DNA from: Lingula anatina
Taxonomy: Eukaryota; Animalia; Brachiopoda
Direction of reading: 5' to 3'
Assembly: GCA_051362555.1 (NCBI GenBank)
Contig: CM120640.1
Coordinates: 69,914,788-69,978,787 of the forward strand
DNA length: 64,000 bases
Shown here: positions 25,279 through 38,600 of the stretch, piece by piece
Layout: each line of letters starts with the position of its first letter
Position numbering within the stretch: the first letter of the stretch is position 1
Position numbers and translations under genes: made by a program
Notes under the pieces: generated by a model
Databases searched by the model: none
The model's input: only the letters and a program-made list of their open reading frames with translations
Told to the model about the DNA's origin: nothing

Positions 25279-25641
25279 CAGACATGCTGAAAACTTTTCA
25301 GAATGGCCGGACATTTTGACCAGCAGTAATGAAAAATTTGCCGGACCGAATGGATTTTTGTCGGACCGGAAATCACTCTATTCATTTGTGACAGGTACTA
25401 CCAGTAGGATTAGGGTAGCTTACTTTGTTTGTGAATGTGATAGTTTTGAAACGGAAGGGAAAAAACATTTTGGGTTTTATATAATTTTATTAGTGAAGTA
25501 TGTCGAAAGATGACTGTAAATTCAAAATTGCGGTTCTGAAAACTCTTGTCGGTCCTTTGGACCGACCAAGTCCAATTTTCTACCGGTCCAGACAAAATTT
25601 CCCGGTCATGACCGATCGGACCGACAGTTTCAGCATGTCTG
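25279..25641. mobile_element. hAT-like non-autonomous TIR element in the CHMP2A 5' intron
   Basis: 14-bp TIR CAGACATGCTGAAA / TTTCAGCATGTCTG, TATTTG duplicated on both sides, and internal CGGAC/GTCCG-type subterminal motifs. Confidence 0.75.
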
Positions 25642-25729
25642 TATTTGGAAGAATTTGTTTTGTTTTTTGCATGAAAAATAAAATGTTTATTTTATTTACC
25701 TTACAGACAAAAGTATAAACTAATTCATC

Positions 25730-27621
25730 ATGCCTTTAGAATGGCTTTTTGGGAAGAAAAAAACTCCACAGGAGATGCTACGTCAAAACCAGAGAGCCCT
25801 GAATAAGGCTATGAGAGAACTGGACAGGGAAAGAACAAAAATGGAACAACAAGAAAAGAAGGTGATTGCTGATATAAAGAAGATGGCCAAGCAAGGTCAA
25901 ATGGTGAGTTATGTGTGTACAAATGCAGTTAATGCGGGGATCCATATCAGATATGATGGGTTGGCTGACATGGCAAAAGAATTCACTTAATTTTTATAGT
26001 ACTTTAATGAATCTTAAATTTTATCATCATAAGGACAGTATGAATTATATATTTGGTTAGATATTCATATGGGTGTAAATGTCAAAGATACAAAGCATAT
26101 TTTTATCCATTAGTGACATACAACAATTTTTTTTTCCATGATGCAATTTTTAAAACTAAAAGTGATGTCATAATTTTTAATTATTAAATGTGAAATTGTT
26201 TATCAAGCTTGACAAATAGGACTTGTGTTAATTTGCTATTAAATTTTTTTTTTTCTTTAAAATTTTTTTTTTATTTCATTTTGACAGGATGCAGTTAAGA
26301 TAATGGCCAAAGACTTGGTGAGGACGAGAAGATATGTGAAGAAGTTCATTCTAATGAGGGCTAACATCCAAGCAGTCTCACTAAAGATTCAAACCTTAAA
26401 GTCCAATGACTCCATGGCCCAAGCTATGAAGGGGGTCACAAAGGCAATGGCAACAATGAATAAACAGGTTTGTAAAAAAAATGGAATTAATCTTGGATTC
26501 TTTCTGTGCTAACTTAGTAACTGGGGAAGTAAACTTTAGAAGTGTGAAAGACATTTGGATAAAGTAAATGAAAACTAGAAATTTTTATAAAAGTAGAAAG
26601 AGCTGTTCTTTTCTAAATCTGAATGGGTTATTGTCCCAAGGGCCCATTTGGCTTAGATGCAAGAAGGCTTTATATCTTTCACACATTCATCCGTACCATT
26701 CTGTTGTAGCTAAAACTACCACAAATCCAAAAGATAATGCAGGAGTTTGAAAAACAGTCGGAGATGATGGACATGAAGGAGGAAATGATGAATGACGCCA
26801 TTGATGATGTGATGGGAGATGAAGAGGATGATGAAGAAAGGTGAGAATAATGCAGTGGATTTGATTTCTCAGGTTTATAATTTTGTCATTAGATATAAGA
26901 GTGTAGATGAAAACCCAATAGTTTCTAGGGCAAGGGCAGGTAAATGTGAATTACTGCTGTGATCACCATAGATGACATGTCTGTAAGTGATCTGGTGTTG
27001 ATACATTCTGATTTTATCCTCTGTCATTTAAGAGCATGATCGTAAATTAAATAAGTGCTGTATTAGCTGTTGCAAGAGAATTGAATTTTTTTATATGCTC
27101 TACAATGTAAATGTGCTTAAGTATGGTCCAAAGTTAATATCAAATTACAAAAAAATGTGAATATAAGAATTGTAAATTATCATTTTAGTGATGCCATTGT
27201 GGGTCAAGTGTTGGATGAATTAGGTCTGCAGATAGCTGATGAGATCTCAGGTAAGTTAACATTAATTTTTATAATACAAAATGAGCTACCAGTTTATTAC
27301 AATAAACCTCACATTATTTGGGTGCTACATGTAATACTTGGTTTATATGTTTACATGTCCAACAGTGTGTGTAACTCGTTTATTATTTGTAGGTCTACCC
27401 ACTGCCAACCAAACTACACCTTATTTGGGTGCTGCATGTAATACTCTGTTGATATGTTAACACATCTAACAGTGTGTTGTTTATTGTTTGTAGGTCTACC
27501 CACCGCCAACCAGACGGTGTCCTCCGAACCATCAAAACAGCCGCAGGCGGCAGCTGCTGGAGGAGTGAGTGAAGCAGACGCAGATTTGGAAGCCAGGTTA
27601 GAGAACCTGAGGAGGCAATAG
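25730..27621 (+). CDS. CHMP2A: Charged multivesicular body protein 2A (ESCRT-III, Vps2), 5 coding exons
   Basis: Exons 25730-25903, 26288-26467, 26710-26840, 27189-27250 and 27494-27621. Translation: LFGKKKTPQEMLRQNQRALNKAMRELDRER...AKDLVRTRRYVKKFILMRANIQAVSLKIQTLKS...LKLPQIQKIMQEFEKQSEMMDMKEEMMNDAIDD...DADLEARLENLRRQ* (MIM1 at the C-terminus). Confidence 0.96.
27313..27515. repeat. ~101-bp tandem duplication of the last CHMP2A intron end and exon start
   Basis: TTATTTGGGTGCT.CATGTAATACT...AACAGTGTGT...TTTGTAG|GTCTACCCAC.GCCAACCA occurs twice, with acceptors at 27392 and 27493. Confidence 0.85.
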
Positions 27622-28874
27622 TAAACAGAGACATTCAAAAACTTTTAAAACAGGAGGTCATGTGTAATCTAGAAAGAGACTGTCAAAATGGATAAAAAAC
27701 TTTTTGTAACATACTGTATTTAATATGGAATTGCAGCACGTGTAAAAGACCAGCTTATCTGCCTTTTAGGAAGACTTTCTTTTGCACTTGCTGAGAAGCG
27801 CTGCAAGTATTTTGACAATAGATAAATGCAAAGAGGAAAATATCATTTTATATTGTAAATATATTTTTTTCAATCAATCATTATAAGTTTATTATGATAA
27901 TGAGATATATTCCTTCAATAGAATACACAAGATATTTAGCATATGTACATTTTCAACCCAATTTAAAACGTCAAATACTTAATTTTACCGTACCTTTTTA
28001 AAATGAAAATTAATGTTTTTTGTTTTGAGGTATTTATTCTGTCATAGTTCACTTTTCTCATGTCAACTTGAATATTACATGATTCTCCTAAAACATTAAT
28101 AGATTGCCTTTAAATTTACAGCAAAGGAGTTACAGAAAATAGAATTCTTATCATGTCATTGCTGTCTGATTGTGAACTGTTTGTATTCGGTTGTCTTTTT
28201 TTTCTGGAATGACAAAAATATTTGTAGAAATGTAAAAATTTATTTAATCTTAAACTCTTATTAATAAACGCATATGGTGTTTTGTGTTTTTCAGGTTAAC
28301 TTTGCTCTTTGTGTAAAAGAGGGTTTTTTTTTTTATGGATGATTAAAAGTAATTTTGCCCTACATATTACCTTTTCTATGTAAATAGTGTGATATGATGC
28401 CTTCAAGACTTCCTACAACCATTTCCAGTCAAAATTATTTACACTGCCCAATTTTGATGTATGCTAATGAAAATGAATCAAGACCACCTTGTTTTAACAG
28501 TATGTTTTTATTGTTCTGCCTGGCACCAAGCATTTCAGTAGGTCAGCATTGTTGTTCATTGCAGTAATGCAGTTCATTATGAAAATTTGCCTCTTGATGT
28601 TGTTGAACAATTATAAAAAGCATAACTGATACAATCTATAATTGTACTTTTTTGAAGAGAAAGAACTTTCAAGATGCTACAGTACTGTACCTGATACAGG
28701 TATACCTTTGTATAAAAAGGTTTTATGTACATATTGTTCTGTTACAGAAATCCATACTTGACCATGCAGGCAAACACCTTCCTATAAGACCTTGTATAAA
28801 ACAATTAAGTACCATGTCTATTCATTTATAAAGTGCTGGTTACAGGCAAATGCCAGCCAATTTGGCAGGTGTCT

Positions 28875-29600
28875 CTAACTTCCTGCTCTCCCTTTGTCTA
28901 TCAGACCTTGTATAGACACGGGGATCCAGTTCATCCCTTCCTAACTTCCTGCTCCCCCTTTGTCTATCAGACCTTGTATAGACATGGGGATCCAGTTCAT
29001 CCCTTCCTAACTTTCTGCTCCCCCTTTGTCTATCAGACCTTGTATAGACACGGGGACCCAGTTCATCCCTTCCTAACTTCCTGCTCCCCCTTTGTCTATC
29101 AGACCTTGTATAGACACGGGGATCCAGTTCATCTCTTCCTAACTTCCTGCTCCCCCTTTGTCTATCAGACCTTGTATAGACACAGGGACCCAGTTCATCC
29201 CTTCCTAACTTCCTGCTCTCCCTTTGTCTATCAGACCTTGTATAGACACAGGGATCCAGTTCATCCCTTCCTAACTTCCTGCTCTCCCTTTGTCTATCAG
29301 ACCTTGTATAGACACAGGGACCCAGTTCATCCCTTCCTAACTTCCTGCTCTCCCTTTGTCTATCAGACCTTGTATAGACACAGGGACCCAGTTCATCCCT
29401 TCCTAACTTCCTGCTCTCCCTTTGTCTATCAGACCTTGTATAGATACAGGGACCCAGTTCATCCCTTCCTAACTTCCTGCTCTCCCTTTGTCTATCAGAC
29501 CTTGTATAGATACAGGGACCCAGTTCATCCCTTCCTAACTTCCTGCTCTCCCTTTGTCTATCAGACCTTGTATAGATACAGGGACCCAGTTCATCCCTTC
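28875..29600. repeat. 66-bp tandem array (11 copies) equal to the last 21 codons plus stop of TFIP11
   Basis: Units start at 28875 + 66n. On the minus strand each unit reads approximately EGMNW(V/I)[11 protein letters not shown](R/G)AGS-TAG. The copy at 29535-29600 is the true coding end. Confidence 0.95.
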
Positions 29601-32600
29601 CTGCATAAATATCACACTTCTGTCCATGTACACCTGAACACTGCCAAACTTGTACACTTGCTTAGCTTCGTAGGTTTTGTTGGGGACTGGCATGAAAAGT
29701 AAACCATTTTCTTCAGCCTGGAAAGAAGAAAACTCAATATCAGTATTGATGAGTACCAAGAATCAAAATGCAAATACAGATTATTAGACTTCACTAATCA
29801 ACGCAATACATACATCCACCCACCTACCCTTAGTACCGTTTTGTTTCGTATGTGTAATTATACAACAACCAACCCTATGTTTTGTTTTAATATCACCCTT
29901 TCAGTAAACAACTTCCGACTTTTTACTGCGTTAGCCCCTTGACAACCCTCCACCCCCTCTTTCCATGCATCATAACACCAGTCTGTGGAGGGCACTTGTT
30001 TTCATGAACCAAGAAAACAGAACTGAAGTCTACTTTAAAATAATTACCTTTCTTTCCACCAAGTCCTTGAAACTGGAGGGTACCGTCTGTGAACTCTGAA
30101 CAGCCTGATTGAAAAAAGAATAATATTATTATTATTATTATGTACAGACACAGATGTGTCTGTACATATAGCCATCATCTGCGTCTGTCGTCGCCGTCGT
30201 CGCCGTCGTCGCTGTCGCCGTCGCCGTGCACTTTTACCGATAACACGATAAGTGGAAAACCATTTTGCCTTTTGATTTGAAACTTGCAGAACTGATGAAT
30301 ATTCATAATACGCAGGTCAAGTTCGAAAATCAGCATGATCGGGTCACTCTTAGGGAATTTATGCTGTTTTTTCACTTTTTTCAACATATATGCAGCACCG
30401 ATAACACGATAAGTGGAAAACCATTGTACCTTTTGGCTTGAAACTTACAGAACTGATGAATATTCATAATACGCAGGACGAGTTCGAAAATCAGCATGAT
30501 CGGGTCACTTATAGGGAATTTATGCTGTTTTTTCACTTTTTTCAGCATATATGCAGCACCGATAACACAATAAGTGGAAAACCATTTTACCTTTTGGCTT
30601 GAAACTTACAGAACTGATGAATATACATAATACGCAGGTCAAGTTCGAAAATCAGCGTGATTGGGTCATTTTTAGTGAATTTAGGCTATTTTTTCTCTTT
30701 TTTCAGCATATATGCAGCACGGATAACACCATAAATGGAAAACCATTTGACCTTTTGGCTTGAAACCTACAGAACTGATGAATATTCATAATACGCAGGT
30801 CAAGTTCGAAAATCAGCATGATTGGGTCATTTTTAGTGAATTTAGGCTATTTTTTCACTTTTTTTCAGCATTTTTGCAACACTGATAACACAATAAATGA
30901 ACAGCTGTTTTACCCTTTGGCTTGAAACTTACAGAACTGATAAATATTCATAATACGCAGGTCAAGTTCGAAAATCAGCACGATCGGGTCACTTATAGGG
31001 AATTTATGCTGTTTTTTCACTTTTTTCAACATATATGCAGCACCGATAACACGATAAGTGGAAAACCATTGTACCTTTTGGCTTGAAACTTACAGAACTG
31101 ATGAATATTCATAATACGCAGGACGAGTTCGAAAATCAGCATGATCGGGTCACTCTTAGGGAATTTATGCTGTTTTTTCACTTTTTTCAACATATATGCA
31201 GCACCGATAACACGATAAGTGGAAAACCATTGTACCTTTTGGCTTGAAACTTACAGAACTGATGAATATTCATAATACGCAGGACGAGTTCGAAAATCAG
31301 CATGATCGGGTCACTTATAGGGAATTTATGCTGTTTTTTCACTTTTTTCAGCATATATGCAGCACCGATAACACAATAAGTGGAAAACCATTTTACCTTT
31401 TGGCTTGAAACTTACAGAACTGATGAATATACATAATACGCAGGTCAAGTTCGAAAATCAGCGTGATTGGGTCATTTTTAGTGAATTTAGGCTATTTTTT
31501 CTCTTTTTTCAGCATATATGCAGCACGGATAACACCATAAATGGAAAACCATTTGACCTTTTGGCTTGAAACCTACAGAACTGATGAATATTCATAATAC
31601 GCAGGTCAAGTTCGAAAATCAGCATGATTGGGTCATTTTTAGTGAATTTAGGCTATTTTTTCACTTTTTTTCAGCATTTTTGCAACACTGATAACACAAT
31701 AAATGAACAGCTGTTTTACCCTTTGGCTTGAAACTTACAGAACTGATAAATATTCATAATACGCAGGTCAAGTTCGAAAATCAGCACGATCGGGTCACTT
31801 ATAGGGAATTTATGCTGTTTTTTTTTCACTTTTTTCAGTATATATGCAACACTGATAACACAATATATGAAAAACAGATTGGCCAATTGTCATTATACTC
31901 ACAGGAGGGGCCAATCTTACTAAAACGCAGGTTGAGTTTGAAAATCAGCGTAATCAGTCCATTATTTTAAAAGGTAATGCTGTTTTTTCACATTTCCTCA
32001 CATTCAATTCTTAGGCATGTTAACAGTCTCATTATTGAACTAATAAGATACGTAAATGTGTTTGTTTGGCATTTCCTGCATCTTTACAACATTGTTAGTT
32101 GATTTTGTAAAAATGATGGTAAACTTGTTATCATGTATTGTGTAATAAAGTGTCAAAAATGGAAATAAACTCGTATATCATTGCAGTTTGTCAGATGTAT
32201 TCATCCACTATGTTCAGAATCTCAGAATGGAGGAAGTTGGACATTTAAAACTGTTCTATTGATACTTTTCCCATCTCATCAATTTTCTTCATTGGTCATA
32301 TAAAAATGGCAGTAAACTGTTTATGTTGTTTTATGTTTAAAAAGTGTTAAAAATGGAAATAAACCCATTTCAGAACAGTGCTGTATTGTTTACATTTTGG
32401 CATTTTCAATATGTGACTTTGAAGTTCCATGGGCCTGAAGGCTTTTGCTAGTCACATTTTCTGAATAACCATGATACTAATATTTTATAATTAAAAATTG
32501 ATGGTCATTATGCAGTAAAACATTATGTAATATTGCATGAAAATTTTAAGAAACCCCTATTTTGGGCACTGCTCCCATGATGACCATTTAAGGAAAATCA

Positions 32601-35600
32601 TGTCACTTACTGTTCTCAAACTTACAGGTAAGAAACATGGGACTAAAATACAGCTCCAGTAGGCAATGCAGTCTGTTTGGTAAATTTTTCTGGCAATTAA
32701 ACAGTTTTTTGTGAAAATTTAATTTTTCACTTATTGGCATTTTCAAGGTGTGACTTTGAAGTTCCATGATCCTGAAGACCTTTGCTTGTCACATTTCCTG
32801 AATATCCATGATACTAATATTTTATAATTAAAAATTGATGGTCATTATGCTGTTAAACATTATGTAATGTTGCATCAAAATTTGAAGAAACCCCTATTTT
32901 GGGCACTGCTCCCATGATGACCATTTAACAAAAATCATGTCAATTACTGTTCTCAAACTTACAGGAAAGAAACGTGGGTCTAAAATACAGCTTCAGTAGG
33001 CAATGCATTCTGTTTGGTAAATTTTTCTGGCAATTAAACAGTTTTTTGTGAAAATTTAATTTTTCACATATTGGCATTTCCAAGGTGTGACTTAGAACCT
33101 CCACGGGCTTGAAGACCCGTGCTAGTCACATTTTGTGAAAATCCATGACACTTATATTTTATTATTAAAAATCGATGGTCATTATGCTGTTAAGCATTAT
33201 GTAATGTTGCATCAAAATAGAAGAAAACAATTTTTGGTGCTGCTGCCTTGATGACCATTATGGAAAAACCGTGTTACTTATAACTGTCAAACTTTCAAAA
33301 AAGAAACACAGGACTAAAATGCAGCCTGAGTTAGAAAAGCAGTCTAATTGGCTTCTTTTTCTGGAAGCTATACATTTTAGTGTTATATTCATTATCTTTT
33401 TTGGCATATTCATTGTGGGACTCGGAGCTCCCATGGACATGAAGCCAAATGGTAATCATATTTTCTACATGTCCATCCTATTTATAGTCAATAAACAAAA
33501 ATTGATGATAATTATTCTCTAATTTATTATGTAATGTTACATCAAAATTGACAATCTTTTTGCACTGCTACTGCAAACATTATGAAAAGAAAACTGTGCT
33601 ACTTATTATAATTTTAAACTTACAAGTACGGTTTTTAGGATTGGCCTTCAGCTCATGAGAAAACCAGCTCTATTGGATTATCATGTTTATTGTATTTATG
33701 CATTTTTTGTGAAATTTTCATTTTTCTCATTCTGGCACTTTCTAAGTATAAACTTGAACTCTGATGGGCCTGAAGCCTTATGCTTTTACTTTCGTCTGTG
33801 TTACCTGTTGTGCATAAGTTGATGTTCAGGGGCGGATCCAGATATATTTTCTGACAGTCTTCCAAATTACCTTTGTTGATCCATCCTCCATTTTTGACCG
33901 TCTTCCAAAAGAAAAAATAGATATCCGTCAATGTAAACTTGAAAATTTGACCGTCTTCCAGAAGACCCAGAAGACGGCCTAAATCCGCCCCTGGATGTTG
34001 ACATAATGTATTATTGCATCAGGATTGGTAGTCTCCTATTTTGGGCATTATGGTTTTGTGCTTTTCTTAAGGTGTGACTTATGGGCCTGAAGACCTTTGA
34101 GTGGGTCAGTCTGTAAATTACCCTTGGGTATCACTAGATTAATTTCAGAGTTATAAAGTCATTTGCTTTAATAGGCCATTAAATGAGATTACGTAAAGCA
34201 CACTTGTTGATATTTCCCTGTAAACTCCCAAAGGTAAAGCTCTCTGCTAGATTAATAATAAGGAAGCAGTGATAATTATGCAGGTAAATTTTGTTTAATA
34301 TTGCAAATAAGTTTTATATATATATATATATGTATATATATCAAACTGGAAGATTAAAAGTTTGAATAGCAGCTTCATTGGAATTATATTTACCTCAAGC
34401 TCTGCCAAGGAGGTTATATTTTCACCCCTGTTTGTCTGTCATCCACATAACACAAAAAGTTATGGACTGATTTTGCAGAAATTTTCAGGAACTGTCGGAA
34501 GTGGGCCAAAGAGGACAATGATTAATTTTTGGTGGTGGTCCGGATCAATAATCAATCAATTATCAATAATAATCAACAATTGCTGCCTTGGCAGAGGTCT
34601 GCACTCTCAAAGTGCTTTTCTAGTTTTGTTGTTTTCCTTTATAATTTTTTCTCAAACACTTGCATTTGTGACTTTTAGCCCCAGGCAGGCTCACATCTGC
34701 CTGGGGCTCTGCACATTTTCTGTATTTCTACATAAGCAGTTGTATTGTTTTTTATGTCTTTAAACATTATGTAATATTATTTTATGCACTTTCATCATTT
34801 TTCAAATATTGAGACTTTCATAATGTGAATTTGAACTCTCATGGTCCTGAAACTGTAATCTTATTGAAGGGGTGGATTGAGACCATCTTCTGGGTCTTCC
34901 GGAAGACAGTCAGGTTATTAAGTTTATATTGACTGGTATCTATTTTTTTCTGTTGGAAGACCATCAAAATGGAGGATGGATCAACATAGATTCGTAATAC
35001 TGTCAGAAAATATCTCTGGGTCCGCTCCTGTTATTGACCATGTTACCTGTTGTGCAAGATTAAAATTCAGTGTTGACTGACAGTGCTATTATAAGCATTA
35101 TTTATTATTGCATCAAAATTGACAAAATGACCTTTTTTGCATCTTTATTTTCTGTTTTTTGTCTGTACATTTGACAGCTTTGCTGCCTTGTTATTATTAT
35201 TATTATTATTATTATAAGAGCACATGGAAACTGCAATCAGAGATAAAAAAAATCTGAGGCGTAACTTCTGCAAGCTTTTTTATAAAACACTTCAATCAAA
35301 ATATGCCACATAATATTTTATGTTATTTCTAAAATAGATATATATTATAACACTATCTCATACATAAAACCCTCTTTCCTTAAAATGATCCCCAAAAGAA
35401 GGAAGCTTTTCCACAGTACCTCATACTCCTCCATAGCTCTCCTGTCCTGTGTAGCTTTACTCCCAAAGTCCCTCCTCCTCTCAGTGTGTGTGAGGTAGGC
35501 AATGTTCTCTCTGGCACCAGGCTGGTAGGGGTTGCCAGACACCGCTCTGTTCATTATCTCCAGGGCTCGACTGAATTGTTCTGATATAGGAAAAAGGATA

Positions 35601-38600
35601 GTAACAAGCTGTATGGATATTCATGGCATAACCTGGGTGAAGATTTGACATAAAAGGATTAAATATTTTTGCGTTACATTAAACATGAAAGTTTAATTTT
35701 CCAGCACAGTATTTACAGTAATTGCTCCAGCTCTGTTAAACGTAAAAAAGTATTGTGTTCCAGTCAACAATGATGGTGTACAATTCATGTGTTACAACCA
35801 AGTACATAGAGAATACCTTTAATGGCACCATTAGCCAGCAAGTCTGTCGTGAACATGGACTTCCATCCCATGTACCACTTGGTGACCTCGTCATAGTTAG
35901 GATGGCTGTTCAGCCATGTGCATAACACAGTGAGCCACTTGGGGAAGAAATGGCGCTCCAACAGGGAGACCTGGTGCTGCAGTGGCATAATATCCTGCCA
36001 GCTCATCACCCAGTTCCAACCATCTAAAACATGTTGGGAAAATGAAATAAGCAAAATCGAAATACTACAGACAAGTAACTGTTGAAAAGTATAATCCCCA
36101 TTTTAACAATTTACTAAAAAAAGTGAACCTGTTTAAAAGATCATACTACTTCAAAGAAACTGTGGAGGAAATTAAGATACACAAACCAAAATTTGAGTTC
36201 TAAATTTCTTTTTTGCTCTGACAAGTGAAATTTACCAGCTTTAATCTCCATTAAGAAATTAGAGACTTAGAATTCAAAAACTGGTATATAGATGGCAATT
36301 CTGCCAGCAGATTTTGATACAGTGTACCTTGTCCATTGATAAGAAAGTGCTGAAACTTTCAGAAAAAACATAAATATCCATATCATATTGTAATCTTAAT
36401 CAACTGACAGTGTTATAAAGTTAAAGAGGTTCAAAATTTTAGAAGTACATAAAATATTCCAAGTACTACATATATCACTGTGAGAAGAGGACAAAAAATT
36501 CCTACCTAAATGTTGGTTGTGAGGGTTAATGACAAACTCCTGCATACAGAGGTTTAGTTTGGGCAGGATATTCTTAGCTAAGAAAGCATCTAGATGTCCC
36601 TGCTGGAACACCTTCCTCCATGGCTCCAGTATCATCTTAGCTGAGGGGTCTGATGGATGCCAGTTCTTCAGGGCATTAGCTAGCTTGAACCTTATAGGAG
36701 CATAGAGGGTCTCCAGCTTGTCTCCTGGGAATGAACATTGAAGTCGAGTAATGGATATTTTTGTTTACTTTTCTAAGGTTTGTTTATTTAATTTTCTAAG
36801 ATGATGGTGCCACGAGATTCTAAACTGACTTCATGTGCTTAAATTAAGTATAATTGAAAGAAATTACAGCAGGAATTGTGACACATTTGTGACATCTGGA
36901 TGATTTTACTTTAAACAATATGCTTCAAATTTATATACTTTTAAAGACAATTTCTTTTTTTAACTCATACTCAAACACAGTCTCCTCTCAAGACTATTTA
37001 CCAATGAGTGGCAGCCAGGGGTGTATCCAGGCATGGATGGGCATGGTGTCCGTGAGGGGGTTCCAAGCCTCCACCTCAGAGGTCAGTTTTGGCATAACCA
37101 GCTGGTCCTGGATGTTCTGCATTACCCAGGGGGGCAGTAAGGGCAGCCAGTTCTCAAGGACAGTGATGAGGGGGTCTGGGGAACGGACTGACCAGTCATT
37201 GCTGGAAATACATGTTTGATAACGGTCAGTTAATGGCTTGGCATTAACCAAGTCAAGAAAATAATATAATATGGTGGTAATATACTTTGTAATAACTCTA
37301 TGACAGTCTGCATTGTTTTACAGGGAAGGTGGGGGTGGGCCTGACAACAAAGATCAATATACAATTTAGTTCAATCAGTTACAAATCTAAAAGTCTTCAT
37401 CCCTTTGAATTAGATTCTAGATCATAAGGATGCAGGGGGGGGGGGGGGGGGGGGGGGGCAGGAACATGGCTATCTTCTTAGTTGACCAAGATATACCAAC
37501 ATGTTGCGTATCAACAGAAAGCTTATTTCAACAGCTTTTCATTTCACATCCTTATTTTATTGTGTAAGAAGATAGCCACGTTATGGTCACCCCCTCCCCC
37601 TCTCTGCATCGTAAGTATAACTTACGCTATAGTGGATCTAATGGTAGGCATCCAGGCCTCCCAGACCAGCCTCTGGTAGGGGTCCATGCCGTCTGTCTGG
37701 CCAAACTGACGGTTACTGTCCTCCAGGATGGCCTTCCACAGCTGCATGGTGTCCAAACCAAAGGAAGGCTGCTCAAGGGGCTTCCAACCAGAAAAGTACT
37801 TCTTTACCTAAGAATAATAATTATATTGATTTTTTTATCATAAATACTGAATTACAGACTCTGATTTCATACATGAAAAACAACACTTTTATTTTAATAA
37901 CATCCATTTTTTTTAAAGTTCTCTGCAAGTAATAAATAAAAACAAACATTTTAAAATAAAAATAATAATGTTAACAAGTGAAGACTCCTCACCATAGGGA
38001 AGACCATTCCCACTGCCAGGTTGGATAAGTCATACATCTTATACTCCTCATAGTACTCTGCTTGTAGCTTCCTGAATACCTCGGCACACTCCTCCAGACT
38101 CAGTGGATTACTGGCTCCATCCTGCATACGGGCCTCACAGCTGGAATGCAGAATGACATCTGGTAGGGTGGGTTATAAAGCCCATGGTCTCTATAGACTG
38201 AATAACCTGTGACACTGTATGTTTTATAATGCTACACACTACATAAATTACCCATGGCACTGTATGCTTGCTCTACCCTATAAAATTACTCATAGCCTTT
38301 TTAATGTTTTATAATGCTATATGCTATAAAGGATAATTCAAAATAACATTCATCTAATGTCAATCCTTGTAAGCATAAAAAGACAAGTTTATAATTCAGT
38401 ACAATGGGGGTTGGCATTCCCCACTGTGTTGCCACTTCAATGTCTAACCTTTCAACCAACTCCAAAACATCTTGCAACCTTTTGACTTGTTTCTCTTCCT
38501 GGTCGCAAACCTCCTTCAAGCTCTCCTTCTCGTAGGTCATGTTTACCACAACATCCTTCTCATACTTCAGTCTGAAACAGATTTACATGGATGTTAACTG

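Larger units (their letters stand above)
30139..35192 (+). mobile_element. ~5-kb non-autonomous Helentron-associated element (HINE/DINE-1-like) carrying satellite arrays, in a TFIP11 intron
   Basis: In order: 5' subTIR TGTACAGACA (30141) with its inverted copy TGTCTGTACA (30157); (GTC/GCC)n microsatellite; internal tandem arrays; 3' subTIR TGTCTGTACA (35160); short hairpin CAGC-TTT-GCTG. Both ends sit in (TTA)n. Confidence 0.7.

Noticed and set aside
26900-27012. Possible C/D-box snoRNA in a CHMP2A intron
   Set aside because: No canonical RTGATGA C box paired with a terminal stem. Cannot be supported without a covariance-model search.
28833-29702. 289-aa plus-strand ORF of [21 protein letters not shown] repeats
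   Set aside because: It is the antisense reading of the 66-bp TFIP11 terminal array. It starts at GTG and is open only because the unit lacks a stop in that frame.
30175-34763. Short ORFs inside the HINE (30175-30387, 31728-31970, 33271-33522, 34362-34763)
   Set aside because: They derive from satellite or MITE sequence and show no Rep/helicase or transposase motifs.
37435-37458. Poly-G run (also (TTA)n, (CA)n and (TA)n tracts elsewhere)
   Set aside because: Ordinary simple repeats with no additional structure.
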